From an uncultured Acetatifactor sp. (lineage in GTDB: Bacteria > Bacillota > Clostridia > Lachnospirales > Lachnospiraceae): a stretch of 64,000 nucleotides of DNA. Positions 58,587-64,000 of the stretch are shown here, piece after piece (positions within the stretch are counted from its first letter, which is position 1; each line of letters starts with the position of its first letter). The stretch is from NCBI GenBank assembly GCA_910585015.1, contig CAJUCT010000008.1, positions 29,106-93,105 on the forward strand. The letters are read 5' to 3'. The translations under genes were made by a program, and so were the position numbers. The notes under the pieces were generated by a model. It was not told the origin of the DNA, searched no databases, and saw nothing but the letters and a program-made list of their open reading frames with translations.

Positions 58587-61011
58587 AAGTCTTGAAATAA
58601 AGAATTTTAAACTATTTGATGATAAATTCGATAAAATGCGGAATATTTCGCAGGCAGATCTGATTTTGCTAAACGGTCCTAACGGATATGGTAAAACGAC
58701 AATCTTTGATGCGCTGGAACTGGCTTTGACGGGTGAAATAAAAAGAATCAATACTTATAACGAAGAGTTAGGAGTGTCCAAAAGTGAGAAGTCCAAAAGA
58801 AAAATACTGATTGCTAATCCCTCCGAGGAGGCATATGTAAATGTAGTATTGGAAGAGGATGGAAATGAACTGAAGATGGTGCGGTTTTATGAAAAACCAT
58901 TGGGGGATCAGGGAACAGAGGCTTCTCAGGACAATAATCCACACAAGATCTTTAAAAAATTCCAGTTAAGGCTTATTTTTAATGGTGAAGAGATAAAACA
59001 GGAGGAAGAAAGAATCCGCGTTTTAAAGCAGTATAATTTATACGGTATAGGAGATTTTTTTGATAAATGCTGTTTCCTTTCACAAGATGAGCATTTACAG
59101 TTTCTGAAAGAGACGAAAAAGGACAAGTCGATAGCTTTAGATTTTTTGTTTCAATTGCCTGAGAAACAGCAAAAAGAATTGAACAGGGTAAATGCTATTC
59201 TCAATTCAATACAAAATTCCAATACAAAAAACAATTTGGGATTTATGAAAAAATTCGAAAAACTTGAGAATGGCCTAAGAGAAGAGATTGAAAAGCTAGA
59301 AAGCATCTTGCAAAATAATTTAGTCGGACAGAACATGGAAGAGCGGGCGGGGGCTGAATATATGCGTCTGTTTCCGGATAAAGAAATTAATTGGGACGGA
59401 GAAAATCCGTTACTTAAAGATGAGGAATTTGACGCGGCTCTTAAGGTATTAGAAAGACTGGAGTACTATGCGCAGAATCAGGAAAGCTGCAAAAAATATA
59501 TTTGGAATAACCCCTACAGGGAATTATTGAAGCCTTTTAAGGGGACAGAAGATATTTTATATGAGGAAAATGCGCTTGAGTATGCGTTACGCTTTTTTCC
59601 GTTATCACAAAATGGAGAAATACTTGAAAATAGGTATCACAGGCAACAACAGTTGGAGTTACTTAAGCAAAACTTGGACAAGCGGGAAATCTATAAGCTG
59701 AATTGGACGGTGGTGGCCAGTGAAAAACTTTTAAAGGAAGAAATGATTGAACTTGCCCAAAGTGATATAAAACAGGTGAGAGCTTTGGAACAAGTTCAGG
59801 GAACAATTGATCAAGTACTTTCAGAGATCAGCAATACTAGGACTGTCTTATTACGTCAGACAAAGGCGGCTATGGAGCAAAAGGCGATTCCAGACGGGGA
59901 ATGCCCGTTTTGTGGTACCTCATATGGTGAGTGGGAGATACTGGAACAACATATTTCAGCAGAAAAAGATAAATTGTTGTCCTTAAGCGAAGGAACAATT
60001 ATAGATATACAGAATCGAAAAGATGATATATATGAAAAATATTTAGACGAAATAGCTGTATCAATACAAGTTCTTTTGCAAAATAGAGTATCAGAGGCGG
60101 TTTATAAAAAATGCTTGGAGGTAAAGAAGTATAAAGCGGGACTGGACGAAATAAATGGGCTGCTCAAAAAAATAAATGTTGAGCTTCCTTTGGAATACCA
60201 GGAGGATATGACTCAAACAGCCCTGGCTTATGAGCATTTGGTTCAATCAATAAAAAATGGATTAATGACAATTCCAGATGCGGTTCAGGAACAGTTGGAT
60301 TTAAGTGAATTCTGGAAAGATTTTACGTATTATTACGATAAAAGTGAGGATAAGTTCAGTGAAAAAGTAGCTTTTATGATATGGGCAAAGAAAGACTATA
60401 TTATGCGATTTTCATTGGATTCCCGTAGAAAACTGCTTTTGGTCAAAAAGAGCGAATTATCGAAAATAGTAGACAGGCGTACAAAATTAAATGAAATATA
60501 CAATATGCTGTCAGAGTATAAAAATGCCATAGAGGCAGGAGTGACAGATTATAAACAAAAAGTAATCCGGGATATTGAGCCGTTACTGCATGTGTACACT
60601 GCGAAGATCCTGCAACAAAAATTTTGTGGAAAAAGTATTTTTATTTTGACGGATAAAAATATGCAGAATTTCCAGCTGACACATTCACAGGAAGACAATC
60701 AGGATATTTTATACAATATGAGTTCAGGGCAGCTTGCTGCAGTTTCACTTTCTTTTTTGCTCTGTATGCATCAAGTATATGCAAAGCAGCAATCATTGTC
60801 TGTTTTACTGATAGATGACCCTGTTCAGACAATTGATGATGTGAATATGGTGGGGTTAGTGGATATTTTGCGTTTTGAATTTCAAGATACACAGATTTTT
60901 ATATCAACACATGAGCAAAAGTTTGAGTGGTATCTGAAATACAAATATGAAAAAGCCCAGAAGAAAATAGAATCGTACAATATGAAGAATATTGTATTAC
61001 AGGTGGATTGA
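58576..61011 (+). CDS. SMC/Rad50/SbcC-like ABC ATPase with coiled-coil insert and CxxC hook (LmuB-like)
   Basis: Walker A LNGPNGYGKTT, Q-loop FLSQDE, signature MSSGQ, Walker B VLLIDDP and H-loop STHE. About 550 aa of heptad-rich sequence lie between the head halves, with CPFCG at residues 443-446. Confidence 0.85.
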   Translation: MRIKSLEIKNFKLFDDKFDKMRNISQADLILLNGPNGYGKTTIFDALELALTGEIKRINTYNEELGVSKSEKSKRKILIANPSEEAYVNVVLEEDGNELKMVRFYEKPLGDQGTEASQDNNPHKIFKKFQLRLIFNGEEIKQEEERIRVLKQYNLYGIGDFFDKCCFLSQDEHLQFLKETKKDKSIALDFLFQLPEKQQKELNRVNAILNSIQNSNTKNNLGFMKKFEKLENGLREEIEKLESILQNNLVGQNMEERAGAEYMRLFPDKEINWDGENPLLKDEEFDAALKVLERLEYYAQNQESCKKYIWNNPYRELLKPFKGTEDILYEENALEYALRFFPLSQNGEILENRYHRQQQLELLKQNLDKREIYKLNWTVVASEKLLKEEMIELAQSDIKQVRALEQVQGTIDQVLSEISNTRTVLLRQTKAAMEQKAIPDGECPFCGTSYGEWEILEQHISAEKDKLLSLSEGTIIDIQNRKDDIYEKYLDEIAVSIQVLLQNRVSEAVYKKCLEVKKYKAGLDEINGLLKKINVELPLEYQEDMTQTALAYEHLVQSIKNGLMTIPDAVQEQLDLSEFWKDFTYYYDKSEDKFSEKVAFMIWAKKDYIMRFSLDSRRKLLLVKKSELSKIVDRRTKLNEIYNMLSEYKNAIEAGVTDYKQKVIRDIEPLLHVYTAKILQQKFCGKSIFILTDKNMQNFQLTHSQEDNQDILYNMSSGQLAAVSLSFLLCMHQVYAKQQSLSVLLIDDPVQTIDDVNMVGLVDILRFEFQDTQIFISTHEQKFEWYLKYKYEKAQKKIESYNMKNIVLQVD

Positions 61012-61082
61012 CGATTTTAGAAATAGATTGAAAAGGGGAATATATGCCATAGAACGAATTCTTTCCCGTGTGGCGTTATGGA

Positions 61083-61181
61083 ATGACCACAAATTTACAA
61101 TTATGGATCGCAGAACTGCGTAGGTAACAGGGGATCAGCCAGCAGCAACTGGCTGATCGGCTGGGACCTTTATGGTCATAA
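61083..61181 (+). pseudogene. Truncated XRE-family HTH gene with an in-frame stop
   Basis: MTTNLQLWIAELRR*QGISQQQLADRLGPLWS*. The helix-turn-helix opening is interrupted by TAA and ends after 32 codons. Confidence 0.5.
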
Positions 61182-61192
61182 TATATTGTCTG

Positions 61193-61699
61193 CTACAGCT
61201 TGTCAATGGATTTTTCGGCCGAATTATTTTCTTCGTTCCTCTGCCGGAAAGCCCAGAGTTTGTTGACCAGATAATTCATAGGCAGTATCAAAACCAGATT
61301 GACACCCTCCGCAAACAGATTGCCAAGAACCTCCGCGTCCAGAAAACGGATGCCCCACCTGCTCAGCAGCCCGGCCACCGGGGTCATATAGTTCGCGATA
61401 TGCAGTACATCAATCCAGAGTACCAATAACATCAGATTGGCCAGAAATCCCCAGAGATAGGCGATAAACGTCTTGATCAATACCTTCCACCAGACTCTTT
61501 TCTCCAGGCTTTCATCTTCTTTGAATACATATCGGTTGTTCCAATAGTAGGCGTTAAAGATACTGAGTACAAATCCCGTGGTGCTGGCAAACAGATAATG
61601 TCCCTTCAGGCACACGATCACGGCATATATGACTTCGCTGATCAAAGTATTGGACAGCCCCACCAGGCCGAATTTGAGAAACTGCTTAATGTGTTTCAT
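61193..61699 (-). CDS. GtrA family membrane protein
   Basis: KFGLVGLSNTLISEVIY...NRYVFK, four TM helices. Confidence 0.85.
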   Translation of the reverse strand: MKHIKQFLKFGLVGLSNTLISEVIYAVIVCLKGHYLFASTTGFVLSIFNAYYWNNRYVFKEDESLEKRVWWKVLIKTFIAYLWGFLANLMLLVLWIDVLHIANYMTPVAGLLSRWGIRFLDAEVLGNLFAEGVNLVLILPMNYLVNKLWAFRQRNEENNSAEKSIDKL

Positions 61700-61737
61700 A
61701 TGATAATCGCAATCCTTTTTGTCTATGGAGGTTCAAG

Positions 61738-61898
61738 CCTACCTCTTCCCTGCATATCGCAGGCCCAGCCTGCGATACTGCGTTAATACGTATTTGGATG
61801 TGCAGCATCCAAACTTACCTCTTCGTGGATATTGCTGGCCGCGCCTGCAATATCCCTTAATGCGTATTTGGATGTGCAGCATCCAAACTTACCTCTGG
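61738..61898 (+). repeat. Family 2 palindromic element, two tandem units (74 bp period)
   Basis: TTTGGATGTGCAGCATCCAAACTTACCTCT at 61793 and 61867, each preceded by CCTGC(G/A)ATA..TTAAT(A/G)CGTA. Confidence 0.9.
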
Positions 61899-61908
61899 TT
61901 TCAAATGT

Positions 61909-63624
61909 CTATTTTCTATAAAACCGCACGTATCTGCCGTCATTCACTTGGCTGTACCCGAAATCTTTCTCGATATACTCCATAATCCAGCTTCCGGGAT
62001 TTTCCTTTAGTTCCCCATACCAGCAGTCCACCACAATGACATTGGGCTGCTTCTCCGGGTACAGTTCCCAGTAGGTCAGCAGCCTTTCGTCGTAGGCCGT
62101 GGGGTCCACGATGGAGTAATGCGCCACTTCCGCCCCGGCCATCATGTAGGGCGTAGTGCCTGCGGACGTGACCATGTTGGTCACAATAAGCACTACATCT
62201 TCCTCATTTACATAGGTCCCGAAATCTTCATAATTGCAATTATAGATATAGCAGTTCATATAGTCGGAAAAAATTCCTATCGCCGGGCCGCATTTCATGA
62301 CACTCTCCGTGTCCGGCACCACATTGTAGTTCCGGCCCGCCCGGAGCGTATAGCCCTTTCCGAAGATGCTTATCAAACACAGGCTGACCAGCAGGAAATA
62401 AATCCATTTTTCTGATGTTTTTCCCAGTGCTTCCCGCAGGGCCAGTGCCAGGAGGACAGCGCAAAGCAGCACTCCTAAAACCCCATGGGGCAGTGCGTAA
62501 AACATTTCCAGGTCGCTGATATAGACCACTGCCGCCAGGGAGAGCAGTGTGCCGACAATGCCGGCTGAAAAATATCTCCTGAGAGATCCGGCCTGTCTCC
62601 AGACCAGCAGACCGGCCAGCAACAGCAGAAGCAGGTGCAGCTGATACACCTCGTAGCCGCTTTTTTTCACGGTCCACAGATAGAACTGGACGCATTCCGA
62701 GACAAACACGGCGATGGTCATAAACACAGGGAGGCTTTGATGCCTGTCCCATCCCGGATTCCTTTTCCGCGCCAGAATCATGCCGGGAAGACTTAAAAGC
62801 AGGGTCAGAAGCAGGAAAATACAGCCGCCCAGCAGATTGGAGAAGATGCCCGGTATCTTTCCCTGGGTAGCGCCGGATATTTCATGAGTCAGGTCAAAGC
62901 GCAGCAATAATTCCACATTGCGCAGCAGTTCCTCCAGGCTCACATGGCCCAGCACCAGGCATAGCCAGATTAGGGCGCTGACAGCGCATGCGCCGGTAAA
63001 CAGTCCCATGTCGCGCCATTTTTCAGGCCCGGACTTTCGATATATATATAACAGGAAAAAGGGAAACAGGATCACGCAGGAGGGGTAGGCCAGAACTTCC
63101 AGGGCCATCCATAGGCCCGCCATAAAAACGAGCCAGGCCCTGCCTGTGTTTTTCCGGTCTTTTTGTAAGTAATATTGCAGCAGGCACAGCACCGTCAGGG
63201 TAAAGAACCATAGCTGCATATTGGAAAAATCGGGGATTTGGATGATCTTGGGGACCATATTAAAGTAGATGAGAGCGCAGAGCAGGGCATAATTTCGCTC
63301 CAGCAGTTGTCTCAGCACCCGGTAGAGGCACAGGCTGATGCCGGCCTGGATCAAAGTGGTGCAGACCCTGAGATAGATCAACACGCCCGTATAGGTTCCT
63401 GTGAGGGTTTTGTATACCCACATAAGTATGGTACACAGGAAAGCGGAGGTCTGGTGGGGCTCCCACATCTCTTTGAATAGGCAGTCCCCCCGCAGGGTGC
63501 GGTAGCCCATCATCAGCTGGTATTCTTCGTCCATGGTGTAGTCGAAAAAAATCAGTTTCAGAGCAGCCAGCAGGCTTCCGGTCAAAAGAATTGTAAAGAT
63601 GATTTTCCATCGTTTTGTTGTCAT
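61909..63624 (-). CDS. Polytopic membrane protein, probable GT-C fold (ArnT/GT39-like) glycosyltransferase
   Basis: 571 aa with more than 10 TM helices and a soluble C-terminal domain. Sandwiched between gtrA-like and GT2 genes with a 4 nt start/stop overlap. Confidence 0.5.
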   Translation of the reverse strand: MTTKRWKIIFTILLTGSLLAALKLIFFDYTMDEEYQLMMGYRTLRGDCLFKEMWEPHQTSAFLCTILMWVYKTLTGTYTGVLIYLRVCTTLIQAGISLCLYRVLRQLLERNYALLCALIYFNMVPKIIQIPDFSNMQLWFFTLTVLCLLQYYLQKDRKNTGRAWLVFMAGLWMALEVLAYPSCVILFPFFLLYIYRKSGPEKWRDMGLFTGACAVSALIWLCLVLGHVSLEELLRNVELLLRFDLTHEISGATQGKIPGIFSNLLGGCIFLLLTLLLSLPGMILARKRNPGWDRHQSLPVFMTIAVFVSECVQFYLWTVKKSGYEVYQLHLLLLLLAGLLVWRQAGSLRRYFSAGIVGTLLSLAAVVYISDLEMFYALPHGVLGVLLCAVLLALALREALGKTSEKWIYFLLVSLCLISIFGKGYTLRAGRNYNVVPDTESVMKCGPAIGIFSDYMNCYIYNCNYEDFGTYVNEEDVVLIVTNMVTSAGTTPYMMAGAEVAHYSIVDPTAYDERLLTYWELYPEKQPNVIVVDCWYGELKENPGSWIMEYIEKDFGYSQVNDGRYVRFYRK

Positions 63625-64000
63625 AATTTCATGCCGCTTCCGGGCTTTTCACCCGGCGCCGCCTCCTCGTCTATAATGAACGGCGGCCTGGTCCTGGCCG
63701 CGTCCAGGGTCCGCCACAGATATTCCCCCAGAATCCCCAGCATCAGCAGGATCAGTCCCGAGGAACACAGAACAACGCACATCAGGGAGGACCATCCAGC
63801 AATGGGAGTCCCCTTGGTAAAATATTCCACCAGTACACTGATAAACAGGATGACGGCGCCGATGTTGAAAAGTACGCCCACCAGGGACATAAAACGGATG
63901 GGAACGTAGGAAAAACTCATCATGGAATCCATTACCAGCTTGAATTTTTTGGCAAAAGTCCATTTAGACTTTCCTTTTTCCCGGTCCCTTCTGTCAAAAT
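63621..64000 (-). CDS. GT2 family glycosyltransferase (GtrB/DPM1-like), C-terminal part only
   Basis: C-terminal two-TM tail with LGILGEYLWRTLDAARTRPPFIIDE. The ORF continues past the window edge. Confidence 0.75.
   Translation of the reverse strand, partial: FDRRDREKGKSKWTFAKKFKLVMDSMMSFSYVPIRFMSLVGVLFNIGAVILFISVLVEYFTKGTPIAGWSSLMCVVLCSSGLILLMLGILGEYLWRTLDAARTRPPFIIDEEAAPGEKPGSGMKL

Overview
This is a 64 kb chromosomal window from a high-GC-coding Firmicute. By gene content and synteny it looks like a Clostridia/Lachnospiraceae-type gut anaerobe; that assignment is inference and no search was run. Most of it is housekeeping: a flagellin 3' end, gdpP-rplI-dnaB, a pyruvate formate-lyase locus, mecA, cortex/germination hydrolases, tsaC-rpiB-upp-comEB, and a complete F1Fo ATP synthase operon (atpZ-I-B-E-F-H-A-G-D-C). 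Further along are queT, bioY, prs, a dnaD/dnaC-like pair, murC, glgCD, spoVG, a MoxR-DUF58-DUF4129 triad, pth-mfd, kdgK-like, xpaC-telA and a gtrA/GT-C/GT2 surface glycosylation cluster. Four things stand out. (1) An AT-rich island of about 5.7 kb (about 55.4-61.2 kb) is bounded by gene remnants. It carries a three-gene operon: a PD-(D/E)xK-like effector, a small acidic helical protein, and an SMC/Rad50-like ABC ATPase with a CxxC hook. This looks like a divergent Lamassu / ABC-3C type anti-phage or anti-plasmid system and is the best candidate for a novel system. (2) The pflB gene is naturally split by a 430 bp insert flanked by a 5 bp direct repeat. The glycyl-radical domain is left as a stand-alone GrcA-like ORF with its own RBS, and a 66 aa Cys-containing ORF sits in between. 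(3) A family of roughly 100 nt imperfect hairpin elements ends in GCGGAACTYTAA immediately 5' of ribosome-binding sites. It is always oriented with the downstream gene and occurs at 7 or more loci, including two 104 bp tandem duplications and a 38 bp x5 array. (4) A second repeat family is built around the palindrome TTTGGATGTGCAGCATCCAAA; copies lie inside the atp operon and one overlaps the last codons of mfd. No rRNA, tRNA, CRISPR array, transposase or integrase was seen. All calls come from motif recognition by eye on the supplied ORF track; no database search or folding computation was possible.
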